Source: Camelus ferus (lineage: Eukaryota). Taken from it: a stretch of 64,000 nucleotides of DNA. The DNA is taken from NCBI RefSeq assembly GCF_009834535.1, contig NC_045705.1, forward strand, positions 63,736,001-63,800,000, given 5' to 3'. The translations under genes and the position numbers were made by a program. Shown in pieces: positions 35,991 to 58,700 of the stretch (within the stretch, counting starts at the first letter, position 1; every line of letters starts with the position of its first letter). The notes under the pieces are model-generated. The model was given only the letters and a program-made list of their open reading frames with translations, was not told where the DNA came from and made no database searches.

Positions 35991-36626
35991 GTGACACAAA
36001 ATCTAGTTTTCATGGTTGAAAAAAAAAAAATGCCAAGGGTATGCCATGAAGAGAAAACTAATGTTTACTTTTAACAAGTAAGATAAAAGGAAAATATATA
36101 AATATACCCTTCCCCCCACCCCCGGTACACTTGGCTTTGAGTTTTTGTTCAGGAGTTGAAGGGACTGAAGGGTGTCAATAGATGGATGTTTATAAGTACC
36201 TGGAAGTCCATTACGGACTGTACTGGAAAAGCACAAATTATTGCAGGAAACTACAGAGGACAGCCCTAGCCCTCTGTGGATCAAGACCTTTCAGAGCTGG
36301 GCAACTGTATAACCCACAGCAACCATGAAGACATGCACTCTCCCCTGAGCAGTCCCACTCAGGGTTTCATGACAGTGGGCCCTGTGCTCGGCTCTGGGTG
36401 CCAACACCTCTTGACGTGCTTAACCTTCTCAGCTAAATCTCATCTTAAGACTCGGGTGCTCCAGATTCGAAACGTTTCCCTGGCCAAGCCCTCTCTAGCC
36501 CGGCCCCGTCTCTATGGTTTCCTGTATGGGGCGCTCTAGCCCGCGCTGGGGGCAGTGAGACGTTGCGGCCGCCTTGCTAGGCTGCGGGAGACGCTGGAGG
36601 GCGCTTCGCTGGTCTCCCTGTCAGAC

Positions 36627-36986
36627 ATGGGGACCCTGCGCAAAGTGCTGATAGCGGGCGCGGTGCTAGGCGCGGGCGCTGGCGTGGGCTCGGCGCTCTT
36701 TGTCCTTGTGACCCCGGGAGAGCAGCAGAAGCAGGCGATGCTGAAGGTGGGAGTAATTGGGAAGCGGAGGTGGGGTGGGGGGGTGGAGAACCGCGGGCTG
36801 GGGACCCGCACTGCGAACCTCCCTTCCGGCCCGCAGGAGATGCCGGTGCAGGACCCACAGCGCAGGGACGAGGCGGCCAGGACCAAACAGCTACTGCTGG
36901 CCACTCTGCAGGAGGCAGCGGCCACGCAAGAGAACGTGGCCTGGAGGAAGAACTGGATGAGCCCCGGCGGCGGGAGGTCAGCCTGA
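36627..36986 (+). CDS. UQCC3: Ubiquinol-cytochrome c reductase complex assembly factor 3, 89 aa
   Basis: Exons 36627-36746 plus 36837-36986 = 270 nt: MGTLRKVLIAGAVLGAGAGVGSALFVLVTPGEQQKQAMLK|EMPVQDPQRRDEAARTKQLLLATLQEAAATQENVAWRKNW. AATAAA at 37219-37224 and 37482-37487. Confidence 0.93.
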   Translation: MGTLRKVLIAGAVLGAGAGVGSALFVLVTPGEQQKQAMLKVGVIGKRRWGGGVENRGLGTRTANLPSGPQEMPVQDPQRRDEAARTKQLLLATLQEAAATQENVAWRKNWMSPGGGRSA

Positions 36987-38224
36987 GCCCGGACCTGCCC
37001 CCGTGAGCGCTGGGGCCTCCGCTCCAGCGCAGGAGCCCTAGGCGGCCTTTCCCCTGCATGGGCTGGCGGGAAGTCCAGACCCGGATGCCATGCGCCGGCC
37101 TGTCCGGGACCTGGGGAGATGCCGCCGGGTGAGCACGTTCCCCCTAAACCCTGCACTGACTGCGCTTTAACGTCCACATCGCGGGCTGGGGCGTCGGATG
37201 TGGCTAACTGAAGGAACCAATAAATCATGTTCCTCCATCCGGAGAGTGAACCCTTCGGTTGGACGCCCATAAAAGCCTAGAGCGTTCTGGGGGTCGGTGC
37301 TGCGGGAGAGGATGACTGTGGCTTGCGCCTGCTCCGCCCCCCGTGTGAGGCTGAAGCCCAATAGGCAGAGCGACCACGTTTTCAAAACACAAGTCAGGTC
37401 ATGTGGTCTGTGTTTGTGTGTGCTTTCGGGGATAACCAAGTGACATTCTTGAAATCATAACTGTCCTGGAAACTCCTACGCAATAAATGCCCATAGAGGA
37501 CACTTCGGGTTCCTGTCCTTCGAATGAGGTTGAGGTGGGGGCTTCTAGCAATTAACACGTGCCACAGTGCCTTCTATGGCCTAAATTTAACCTTTGGAGG
37601 CCACCATGCTAGGAGTAGTAAAAGGGGTGGGGCCTTCAGTCAGATCTTGTTTCAACTCCTGCATGTTCTAAAACCTCTCTGGGCCCCAGGTCTGCTCCGT
37701 AAAGGGTAATTATCACGAAGGTTCCTGTAAAACGGTGAACTTAGGAATGTAAAGTGCAGTGCCTGGCACGGAACAGCCTCTCACTAAGTGCAGTGGCGTT
37801 TTCCTCCTGCAAGGTGTTCACTGTAGTAGTTTTCAATCTCTGAATCCTGTCATAGGAGCTACTGGAGATGCCGCTGATAAAGCTATCAGTGGGGTGGCAC
37901 CCCCACAACCAAGTCAACCAGTTCACTTCCCTTTTGTCTGTTTTATGTCCTGTGGTCCCAAACAAGATTACAATGTGTCAGAGGCAGCTGCTTTGATTAA
38001 ATACAGCCAGAACACTAAATAAAGCTTGGTAACACAGGTGTTAACCCAGATAGGAGCTCTGATGCAGTTTTCAGCTGCCAGACGGTAAGGTCATAAGCTG
38101 AACACATTTGTCGTATGTGATCTTTGCAGTTTAATTGTGGCCTCTTTCCTAACCTGGGTATAAGAGGAAAGGGTCAGCATCCGTTACAGGGAGCACTAGG
38201 ATGAGGTGCTCAGCACTAGCAAGA

Positions 38225-38450
38225 GGGGCTACGATGATGGAGCTTGACAGTTCAGAGCCCGAGCCCAAGTCAGGCTCCCAAGGTGTGTGTCCAGGGTCTA
38301 CCACTTGCTACCTGTGTCAGTTTGGGCAAGTCATGAGCTTTGGTGTCCCAATCTCTAAAATGGGACTACACCTACAGCTAGTGCCTTCACATCCCAGTTA
38401 ATACACAGAAAGCACTTAAAACTGTGGTCCATATTAAGTACTCAATACTT
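38225..38450 (+). mobile_element. MIR SINE
   Basis: TTGGGCAAGTCATGAGC...TCTAAAATGGGA...AAAGCACTTAAAAC. Confidence 0.65.
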
Positions 38451-38672
38451 TTTAGTGTAAAGACATGCAGAGTTGTGAAGGTCACCAATGCTCCTATCAG
38501 TTTGTGAATGGCCACATTAAAAAATTACTCTTTGAGTAGCCAATACTTACTGAGGATTATTAGGTGCCAGGCACTGGGCTAAAGAATATTATATCAGCAT
38601 TATATACCCACTGCCACCCAAACCCCAACAGGTACTATTATCCTGGTTTTACTAAAGAAGAAACTAGGCTTA

Positions 38673-38801
38673 GCAGGAAGGCTATAGCTCAAGCGGAAGA
38701 GCACATGCTTAGCATGCACAAGGTCCTGGGTTCAAATCCCAGGTACCTCCTCCAAAAAATAAATACATAAATAAGAAAACCTAACTCCCCCCCCCAAAAA
38801 A
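38673..38801 (+). mobile_element. tRNA-derived SINE with 12-bp target-site duplication
   Basis: TATAGCTCAAGCGGAAGAGCACATGCTTAGCATGCACAAGGTCCTGGGTTCAAATCCC plus A tail; AAACTAGGCTTA at both 38661-38672 and 38802-38813. Confidence 0.92.
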
Positions 38802-39163
38802 AAACTAGGCTTAAAAGAAGTCAAGGCACATAGCTAGTAAGGATTTCAGACTGAGGCACCGCCCTACCCACAGGTGCTATCCAGGGTACTCCCCACACTC
38901 TAGTGCCTCTCCCCCTCAGCCTCCCAAGCAACTAATCAGACACAGATTAGGAACAAGTTGCCCCTGGAGATTTAAGATAAGGAATAGGGTCTATTCTAAA
39001 CGCCTTCCCTTTAGCTGCTTCCTCTGCCTCAGTTTTGTCCCTCCCGGCCTTCCAGGAAGGAGTCAGGCACATATAGAACTCAGAGGGTCTATTTATTAGG
39101 AAGGAGATGTCAGTGCTTTATCAAAGATGAGAGGTCAGAGAAAGATGGTGCGATAAAGGCTTC

Positions 39164-41510
39164 TCAGCCAGGACATTTCTTGGCCACAATGAGGACAGCA
39201 GAAGGCACAAGTCCTGAAGATGAAAGAAAACAGGTTTGAACCAAAAGATATTTGCCTTTTGCTCCTTCCCGCTCCCTACACCTCCCAATTCCTGGCCTCC
39301 CACCATCTCCACCAAGTCCCGTCTTTGCAACCCTTCCTTTCTCAGGCACGTCCCCTATTCCCCAAGTCCTGGTTTCTGATCCCACGTGTCATACCCAACT
39401 CCTGCAGAGGCCGCTCCATGTCAGCCTCTGAGAAGGCCCGCCGGGGGAAGCCACTGAGCAACTGCACAGGATCCTGGCCACCTCCTGGCTCCTCCCCACG
39501 GTGGAGCTCCACATAGAGCCTCACTGCTGCCAGCTGTTCCCGAGCCCGGAACGTCTGGGTCAGTGAAGTCCCATCTGGCAGCCTGACCTAGAGGGCAAGG
39601 GAGAGATCCAGTATTATGAGCGTCAAAACTGAGTGAGGTGCCTTAGTAACGAAAAGAAGAGAAAAGTTGGCTTCTCCTTCCTCTCAGAGAGACTGAACCA
39701 GCATAATTATTATTTAAAGGATCTAATGAACAACCATTTGTGCTTGGCTTTACTGAACATTGAAGAGAGAGGCCCCTGGCTCCCTCACAATTTAAGGTAA
39801 ACAGGGACAAAACCATACAAAATATCTGGATAGACATTCCATCATGCAAACAGCTGTATAATAAACCAAATGAAAACATTACGAACAAGTAAAATGGCAA
39901 CTGCTGAGAGAGCGGTATGGATTTAAATGAGACTAGGGCAAGTGAAATTGGATATCTTTCCTAAGAGCAGAAGAGGTAGGATTTCAAAAGTCATTTACGA
40001 AGAAGGGAGAGGTTTGGCAAAGGGAACATAACTGAAAAAAGCTCTGGATGGGGTGCCTTATATGCCAACTAAGGGGTCCCAGGAACGAGACAGGAATCAG
40101 AATCAGTACCTGTATGCGACACTGGTCATACTCCCGCTTCGTGGGAGGCTCCTGGCTGGGAGAGGAGGGAACAGGACCTGGCTCTGTTGCTGGTGGGGAC
40201 GGCTGAGGACCCACAGTACCACCATACTGGAAGACAAAAGTGAAACCATCAGACGCTAAGCCCATCCTTTCCCTCTGCAGCTACAGATGGGGATTTACGA
40301 GCCCACCTACTTCATTACGCCCAGTCTCTTCTCCATAACCTACCTTCTTGGCTCTCTCTGCTTTGTCCCTCTCAATCTTTTCTCGGACTCTTTGTCTGGA
40401 ACGCAGACAGGAAGAAAGTAGGTCAGACATTGACAATGTAAATCCTGACTCCCTTCTCATCTCTCAGCCAACACTCCCAGCATGCAGACCTGGCTGCTAA
40501 CTCTTCAGCCTTTTCCCTCCTCCGCTCCTCAGCAGCCCGGCGCATCTCATCTTCCTGTAGCCGCTGTCGGGCAACTGTCAACTCTTGCCCTTGTCTCCTG
40601 CGCTGTCGTTCCCGTTCCAATGCCTCCCGCTCCTCTCTTTCTTCACGCTCCCGCTGCTTTTGGGCCACCAACTCCAACATCCTGTTTTGCAGAAAGGAAA
40701 GAGTTCAAGAGAAATGGACATAAATTGGGAAGGTGAGTTTGTAACAAGGGACTCAAAAAACAAAATCAGGAAACATGGTCCCCAAACAAATTAAAAAAAC
40801 CAAAGTAACACCAAGAAAAAAGGCAGAGGGAATGTGGAAAGTTGCAGGTTCTTTGATCAGACTTGTGTACTGAGGAGAGGTGGAACGTGACCCTCAGAAA
40901 TGTGAGATGGTTTCTTATACCTCTTAGTCTGTTCCTGTCTCTCCTCTTCACTCAAAACGGGTTTGCCTTCTCCCGCAGTAGGCCCTGGTCCTACAAACAA
41001 GCAGTCAGTATTATTACCCGTTTAACCTCCTCCTCAGGCCCTCCTGAATAATCACACTGTGTCCCTCAGTCAGGACCTTCAGGGCCACCTGGCTCCGAGG
41101 GGGTGGGTTCCCGTCCCAAGATATGTCCAAGGGGGGTCGCTAGTGGCTCGTCCACATCGGGGTCGTCTTCGTGCTCCATCAACCTAGCAAGGAAAGTCAG
41201 GAGAGAGGTTAAAGTTGAGGCTGCCCCTACTAGCAGTCCCCAGTCCCCTGCCACTCGGTCTGAGCGCTCACCAGTCCATCGCAGCCTCGATACCCTGGTT
41301 CCCTGTGAGGGTCAAAGCCTTCTCCCTGGGGGCAGAAACACCGTGAATAGCGCCCACGAGCCATGGCGATGGTCAGGCTGGGGCGTAGAACCTGAGGCCA
41401 GGCTGGGGTAAAGGCCTGGACAGGTCCCCCGGGGTTAGGGGGCTCCCTTACGCGCGTCCCCTGGGGAAGCCCATCTCGATGAGGCTCTCCAGAGCCGTCA
41501 GCTCCGCCAT
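39164..41510 (-). CDS. UBXN1: UBX domain protein 1 (SAKS1), UBA plus UBX, 297 aa
   Basis: Exons 41452-41510, 41272-41325, 41077-41183, 40921-40990, 40490-40681, 40344-40395, 40110-40226, 39395-39587, 39164-39213 = 894 nt. [18 protein letters not shown] start; UBX FPR loop (LLSGFPRR). Non-coding exon with donor at 41638-39, ETS motif near 41687, AATAAA (minus) 39092-39097. Confidence 0.97.
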
Positions 41511-42599
41511 GACGCCGCCACCGCCGCTTCCGCGGGGACCTGGGGGTGGCAAGGAGAGCGGAGGGGGTCAGCGCGGGGTGCCCCCGGCCCGCACGCAATC
41601 CTGCCCCCGACGGCCCGGGCCCGGCGCTCCCTGACTCACCCGCTCCGGATCCGCCGCGGACACCGCGGAGAAGAAAGCCTAGGGGAAGCGGAAGTGGCCG
41701 AAACTGTTTGGGTCACGTGGAAGCGGACGTGGACGGGTGCCGCCGAGAGCCAGAAAACACAGGCCTGGCCCCTCTGTCCCGACCCCACGCGGACCCGGGC
41801 AGCCGCGCGTGGGGTCACAGGCGGGGAGGAGACCTCCCCCGACCCCAAGCCGGGGCGCCCGGCGGCGATGAAGAAGAAGGATGATGCCACCCTGAAACCC
41901 ATGTCAGAATGAAGCCATCTGGCGGTATGGCCCCTTAGCGCAACCGGTTGGAAAGTTATTTAACGATGTTTATCAGGAGCCTTAGAACTGTGAGCACTCT
42001 GACCTGCTCAGCCTTTCAGGAGAATTGAGCCATCCTCCCCCTCACTGCCAAAGGAATCTTTGCAAAACACAGTATCTGATCCTGTCATCACCTCTCTGAT
42101 TAAAACTTCTCCATGACATCCCAGTCACCCAGGAGGATACTTAAATGCTGGTAGTCTGGCTTCCTCCTACACTTTTTTTGTTAATGTCCCATCTGTAAAG
42201 TGAGGATAACAATAGCACCAGCCTTAGATGCCTAGCAAGACGACTATATTGTGTAATTGTTAGTGCGGAGTTCATCTCCCACCACTTCAGGGTAATCTGT
42301 GCAGATTGCAAAATAGGCCCTCTCCCTCTTCAGGGCCTTTGTATGTACCTGTCTGGGATGTCCCACCTCTTCTGTGGGCTTGCATAACTCCCATTTTGGG
42401 GGCTGGACTCCAGGTTTGTTTTCTAAGGGAAGCCTGCCTTGACCACCCCCTCTCCATCTCCCAGCTCCAGTGTTTACTCCATTAGCATTTATCCCCCTGC
42501 TGTGTAGTCTTGTTTATTACTTAGCTCTCCACCACTACCTAGGCTGTTAGGTCCCTTAAGTTAAAGCTCACTTTAAATGCTTATTAGGAGGCAGAGTAA

Positions 42600-42810
42600 T
42601 AAGTTACTGATGATAATATACACATTAGAGACTGTTATGTGGTTAATGCATATTTAATCATCACAGCAATCCATATGATGTAGAAACTATTATTAGTCAC
42701 AGGAAACAGAAAGATGAGATAATTTACTGAAAGTCACAGAGCTGGTAAGCAGCAGAGCTAGGATTCAAACCCATGCAGTGTGCATTCATCAGGCGGCTAT
42801 GCTATGCTGC
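42600..42810 (-). mobile_element. MIR SINE
   Basis: AAGTCACAGAGCTGGTAAGCAGCAGAGCTAGGATTCAAACCCA. Further MIR pieces near 4990-5110, 18780-18900, 26200-26340, 33850-33980, 49070-49250 and 53590-53670. Confidence 0.7.
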
Positions 42811-44015
42811 CTCTCCCTGGTAGAGTGAAGAGCATCAGTTTTGGAGTTAGGCAGTTTGGCTGAAATCCTTACTCAACTCCTTACTTGTAGCTTCAAACCA
42901 TTCAGAACTTCAAACTTCTTATCTGCGAAAAGGTGAAACCATCTCTTGGAATCATTGTGATAGAGATTAAGTGAGAATGCATGTAAATCATATGATGAGA
43001 GAGTGGAGCCTCATTATTTGCAAATGAATAAATGCTGAGGAAATACAGAAATCAAAAGGCACAAAGTATTCACGGCAATGTGATGAGTGTATTCTAGATA
43101 ACAAATGTATTCTTAATTTATTCTAGAGATCCAATAAAAGAATGTTTAAATTGTATAGTACTGCCTCTTTCACCTACTTCTGGGTAAGTACCCTATGGAA
43201 ATACACACAATGTGAGGATACACCAATAAACAAGGATGTCCAGAGCAAACATGGAAGGCAACTTAAATGTTCCAACAAAGAGCTATGGCTACTCTCAGTT
43301 AAGGAGCATCCTACTATGCAAAGTTATGCAGCCTTTCACATAACTAAGGAGGCTATGATTTACCAACATGGAACATTGTCCATAATACAGTGAATGAAAA
43401 AGGAAAATATTTGCTTTGCATGGAGGAAGATTTACTTTGCTATAGGCAGTTACCTCTTGAGAAGGAGGGGAACTTTCATATTATCCTCTTCAGTTTTATT
43501 TGTATGTTACTTTTATAATTTAAAAAAGTTATAAGACCAGTAAGAGTGAGGAGTAAAGTCTGTTGCAATTTAGACTTTTCTACATCCAGTTAATTTAAAA
43601 ATAAACTCAAAAGTATGTATACTACTCTGAAAAATAGGTATGTGGACAGGGAATTGAAAGGGATCATGAAAAATGAAAATATCTTCCTTTTCCTTTAATG
43701 TTGTTATAGTGGATGTACAATAAACACAAAGGGGGGCAGAGGGAACCCCTTATTGTATTATTATTGTTGTTGTTGTTGTTATATTTTTACTAGCAAAAAT
43801 GCAAGCTTGTCCCTGACAGCAGCTTTCACCATCCTTCTCCACCCTAGGTCAGTCATTTATTTCTACCCTCCTTTGACACAGGTGGATTCTAACTCAGGCG
43901 TGCATATCCTCACCATCTAAACAAAAGGCAGGAGACGTCTCCCATCCCTCAGCAGCTTATTCTCAAACCCCACTGAAGCCACCCCTAGCGGTAGAGCTCT
44001 TTTGAGGGTGTAGGA

Positions 44016-44220
44016 TAGGGGTCGACTAGCTGTAGCCAGCGGGCCAACTCTGGCTACAGTCTGATTTGTAAGGCCCAAGAGTTAAAATCATTTTTACATT
44101 TTCAAATGGGTTACATGATTATATAAGTACCCACAGGATAGCTTCGATTTTATCCCGTGGGACGGCAAAGCCTAGATCATTTACTATACGGTCCCTTAAG
44201 GAAAAATGTGCTGACCTTCT
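44016..44220. mobile_element. MER58-like hAT-Charlie DNA transposon remnant in LRRN4CL 3' UTR
   Basis: Starts AGGGGTCGAC...GCGGGCCAACTCTGGC and ends AAAGCCTAGATCATTTACTATACGGTCCCTTAAGGAAAAATGTGCTGACC, with imperfect terminal inverted repeats. Confidence 0.65.
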
Positions 44221-44386
44221 CTATGCCTCCTAAATACTCAGCTCACGAACTGAGCGTAAAGTCTGGAATGAACCAGCTCTTGGCCCAGCATTGACTCAGC
44301 GAGGGCCCGGCGCCCGGCCGTCCGGGCTGCGTGGGCCTCAGCGGGCGGCCACCTCCCCCCGCAGCGGCCTTGGGCTCGGCTTGGCC

Positions 44387-45127
<741 letters not shown>

Positions 45128-45622
45128 TCAGCCCCCAAGCCTTGCAGGCCGCCTCCCTCAACAAAACCGCTAGGGACAGGGAAACACAAGGGGATGAGAC
45201 AGACACCCATTTGGCTGCCAACTTGTGAACAGGAACAGCCTGTGTGCTTGGTTTCAAGCGAAAAAGAGTAAAATATGGTATGACCCGACAGAGAGAGGTG
45301 TGTGACCAGCAATGTGTGAAGCACTAGAAACAGTTAATGAATAAATAAAGGGCTGGGGGGGAGAAGAGGAGGAAATGATTTCTGCAGCCTAGGGAAGGAA
45401 GGTGGAATCGTTTTCAGTTGCCACACGGAATAGTGATCTAAGTAAAACAAGTACCAGTCCCAGGCACACGCAGAAACCCAGAAAGGAGATGGTAGTGAGA
45501 GAGGAGAGATGGAACACAGGGGCCCTGGAACCTTCCCTCCCTTCCCACCTGTTGAAGAAGTCCTGGTCCCTGCCAGTCCCCCACCTCCCTGTCTCCTCCC
45601 TGGCCCACGAGCCGTTCCTTAC

Positions 45623-45754
45623 CAGCGGGTAGCCCTTGATGTAGTGAGGAGCAGGCTGAGGGTCCTGAGGGGTCTCCAGGAGCACAGGCTGCGTCCGCAG
45701 TCAGGTTTTGTCAGCGTCTTCAATTTCAGTTCTGTTTTGCTGAAAGCTTTTATA
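45623..45754 (-). promoter_or_regulatory. TATA box and non-coding first exon of LRRN4CL
   Basis: TATAAAAG (minus) at 45747-45754; donor CTG|GTAAGG with the exon ending at 45623; start site inferred near 45720. Confidence 0.6.
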
Positions 45755-46535
45755 CCCCTTAACTGTGATGTCACCACCTGGCCCCCCCTTCCTCTGCCCC
45801 CCTACCCCGTGAATGCCAAGAAGAGGGCTGGTCCATTTACAGGGCCTGAGTCACGGGGCCTGGGGTGGGGGAAGCCACATGCAGTGGTTTCAGCTGGAGG
45901 CCAGGATGCCTGGGTTCTGAAAGGAGAGTGGAATGTGGAAAGCAGCCAGGAGCTGAGAATCCAAAGGCTGAAGTCATGTGAGGGGATAAGGAGGGAAACA
46001 TAAAGGACAGGGCTACCTGGCTGGTAACAGAGAGGAAAACAGCTGTGGACAGCACGGGGCCTGGTTTACAAAATGCTGTTTCGGTAAAAAAAAATCATAC
46101 CACATCCATGGCAGTCATTTCCTGTCTTCTGCCTCCCAATGGACAGAGAAAGGGAGGGGTGCGGAGAATGATGTATCCCAGCTCTCCAGACCCGCCCTAT
46201 GCTAGCTATCCCCCTCCCCAGAGGGAGATGAGAGTCACATGGATGCAGTGGGCAGGTTTCTGCTCCTTGGATTTCTTAGGCTGATGAATGGAAACAGCTG
46301 TGCCTAAACTATTCCAGGGTCAGGAGGCTTCCCCATTGGTAGCCCCTGACAAGACGAGCTCCTCCAATCAGGGGTCGGGGATGCCTGGGGAACACCAGAT
46401 TTTCAGATGACCCTGAATCCGTTTCAAAGAGTCAGGGAAGCAGCTGGCACGAAAATAGTTTATTGGGGAAGCCACGGGAAGGGAAAGGGGTCAGGTGGGA
46501 AAGGGCTGGAATGTGGCCACTCTGCCCTGGTCCTT

Positions 46536-55568
<9,033 letters not shown>

Positions 55569-56693
55569 CTTCCTGATGGACCTCGTTGCCCCTGGATTTT
55601 CCACTTGTCACTTGTGGCTAGAATGTTAAGTGGTGATCTAGAAGCTGATACCTGTAGCCCATCATATTTTCCTGGATATGGAGAATGAAGGGTCCCTGGG
55701 AGAGAAACGAAGATTCAGACGCTAAATGCTGTGTCAGAGTAGCGGGAGGAGGGGAGGAGGGGGGCGACTGCCCAGCTGATGTCAGATTTTCAAATGAGCA
55801 GGGTCTCCCGCAGCCAGTACGGACTCCAATGCAGGGGCTGTCACAGGTCCAGACCACCCCATTTGAGGGGGTAGTCTGCCTGGGTCTCAGCTCCTTCCAG
55901 CTGCTTTGGGGAGGGCTCTAGCCCAGACTCAGGATGCCTGCAACACGGGAGGGACAGGTAGTGAGACAGTAACAGTGGGGGTGTGCACAGGGGCTGTAGG
56001 CAGCAGCCCAGCTCCCCCACTGGTCAGACAGTTGGTATGCTCCAGGATCTGAGCAGCTCCTTCTAGCATCCTTCATCCTTCAGGTACCAGCCATCTGGGC
56101 AGTGCTTGAGCTGCAGAAACTGGGACCAGCCCTGGATTCTACCTGACCCTCCCCAGTAGCCTTCTCTGTATTAGCTGCTTCTGCTGCTGCGTCAGATACT
56201 TTCAACTGCAACTCCCTGCAAGGTGGGGCACTCATCTCAGGCAGAAGGTTTTGGTGCACCCCACTGATCCTACTCCTGAGGGCTGCCGCTGCCTGTGGGC
56301 TCAGGTGAGTAGGGAGCATCTTGATTTTCTCCTTTTGGGGCTCAAGGGGGCAGATGGGGGTTTTGTGCCCTCAGCAGGGTGGGGCTCTTTCTAGCTGGGG
56401 TTTTCACAGCTGGGTACACACATGCCTTGAAGGGCTATAAAGCCTTAAATCATTTGGATGTTTAATGATCTGTGGCCCAGGCCATGTAGGAATTTGGGGA
56501 GCATCTCATCCCATCTTTCCATTTCCGTAGCTGAGGAAGACAGGGATGGAAAAGATCATAAGAGGGGGGTAAAATATTGGGGCACATGACCCAGCCTTGT
56601 GAAGGTTGGTAAGGAGTAAGCACGAAAAGGGGCCTTCAGCTGAGACTGTGCCCAGACCCCATAATGTTCTGAGCTGTCTCTCTTTTCTTCAGG

Positions 56694-57198
56694 ATGAAAG
56701 GGGAGACCCCTGTGAACAGCACTATGAGTATTGGGCAAGCCCGCAAGATGGTGGAACAGCTTAAGATTGAGGCCAGCTTGTGCCGGATTAAGGTGGGTGG
56801 GATCCTGGATCACATCAGTTGGCCCAGGTGTATTGTAGGTTCCCAGACCTCGGGATAAGAGATACTTTCTTTCCTTGACTCCCTGAGATCAGGGGAGGAG
56901 TCTTGGGATCTATAAGGAGAGCTGGCCCCAGGCCTCTGTGGGTGATGAGGGAAGAGAAGACTGTCCTAAGGAGCCCGAGAGATGACAAAAGATAACCTAT
57001 TTGGGGAGGGAGGCTGCAGTCCATTTTCAGGGTTTCTGCCTGACAATTCCCCTCCTGACTGTGCCCCAGGTGTCCAAGGCAGCAGCAGACCTGATGACTT
57101 ATTGTGATGCCCACGCCTGTGAGGACCCCCTCATCACCCCTGTGCCCACTTCGGAGAACCCCTTCCGGGAGAAGAAATTCTTCTGTGCCCTCCTCTGA
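56694..57198 (+). CDS. GNG3: G protein subunit gamma 3, 75 aa
   Basis: Exons 56694-56792 plus 57070-57198 = 228 nt: [33 protein letters not shown]|[42 protein letters not shown] (CaaX). Non-coding exon ends 56304 (GTGAGT); AATAAA 57557-57562. Confidence 0.98.
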
Positions 57199-57959
57199 GC
57201 TGTCCTGTCCCTCCTCATAACTCTTCATCTTTCCCTCACCCCAGCCCTTCCTTACTTAGGTCAGTAGCTATAATGAGCTCCTGAGGGTCCCTGAATCCCA
57301 TCCTTAGCCCTGGCCCAACCCTGTGAGGTTATCTGAAGCACAAAGCCCTCCCTCACCTATCTGCCGTCCCCATTTCCTCACCCACTAACCAGACCCAGAG
57401 CACCCCCTAACTCGGGGCACCCTTAGTTCCATCCCCAGAAGGGCTGTCAAACTGCCAGCATCCTGCCCGCTTCCCTCTGTGACCCGGTCAGACAATGGAG
57501 AGAGGGATGGCTCTCAGTCTCACCTGGAGCTATTGGAAGGGCAAAGCCATTTGAAGAATAAAGTCATACAGTCTCAGAGGACAGCTCCTGTGTTAGCGTT
57601 CTTGGGGGAGAGGATCATCAGTCAATAGATGTGGTGGTGGGTGCGGCAGGTAGAAAGGCTTGCCATAACCAGAGAGCAGGGCCAGTCAAAGCGGGTTAGG
57701 CACTGTCTAGGATCGGAGATCCGCGGGGTTGCAGGGGATGGCGGGCACGAGAGAGCGTCTCAAGTGGAAGAATTAAGTTACAACAGACACTTAGAGGCCA
57801 CGGAGAGCATTCACGCCTTCACACGCACACACACTAGGAGAGCAATGAAGACAAGTGAAAATGAAAACAGATCGAACTGGGTGGATTTAGAGAGAGACTC
57901 GGGAAGACAGTCGCAGACTGAAGGAAACCAGGGAAAAGGGAGGAGCTTGGTTCCAGTTC

Positions 57960-58700
57960 CTGAAAAGGGGCCGGTTTTATTGCTAAGATGGCCGCGCCCA
58001 CAGCAGTTCTCCTTCCAAGATGGCCGCCGCCATGGGACCCGCGCCAGTATGGTGGCCGCACGTCACTGAGTTTCACCGTACAGGGCTTCTCAGCCGGGCC
58101 CACACTTAAAATGGCGGCCCCAGGCATCCAGAGTTCTCAATATGGTCCCTTCCGTGCTCATCTGTCTCAAAATGGCTGCCCCTGGCCAACTCAATACCCA
58201 CTCTTACCCACCCCGAAGGCTGGAAGCCGACGTCCACCCGACCGGGGTGAAAACACACGGGCGACTATAGCCAAGGATTATGGGGCAAGGGGGCCCCAGC
58301 AAGCACGCGGGTAGCAGGCACCGGTCGCGTGGATCTTAAGAGGGAATCTAGGTTTCTACAGTTGGCCTAGTAGAGGCCCCCTCTGGAGCGGAAACAGAAG
58401 TGTGAAGACAATGCCCTGCGCCGTTCGTCTCGGGGCGCTGTTCCTTGGTCGCGCCCTGCCCTCCCTAGGAGTTGGATAAGCCCGAAATTGTTCAATTTGG
58501 GCTTCCTGGAAAACCTGGGGCTGGCCGGTCTCGCACTTCCCATTCAGGCCCATTCTGTCACATCCGCCAGGAGCAACGTCCCCGCCCCCGGTGTGCCTAT
58601 CACCATCGCAGTGGTCCAGCAAGCTGCCTGGCCAGAGGTTTCATGTCTCACGAGCGCCTCCCGGACTCCCTTCTGGAAGCCTTTTTCCTTCCAAGGGAAG
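57960..58700. promoter_or_regulatory. CpG island with clustered YY1-type motifs (probable upstream BSCL2 promoter)
   Basis: AAGATGGCCGC 57985-95 and 58017-27, AAAATGGCGGC 58108-18, AAAATGGCTGC 58169-79, GCCGCCAT 58026-33. The link to BSCL2 comes from recalled human annotation. Confidence 0.6.

Noticed and set aside
39214-39394. UBXN1 last-intron retention isoform like the recalled human 312-aa form
   Set aside because: The ETRTWG-like text is in a different frame here, and retention stops after 16 new residues, so that isoform does not appear conserved.
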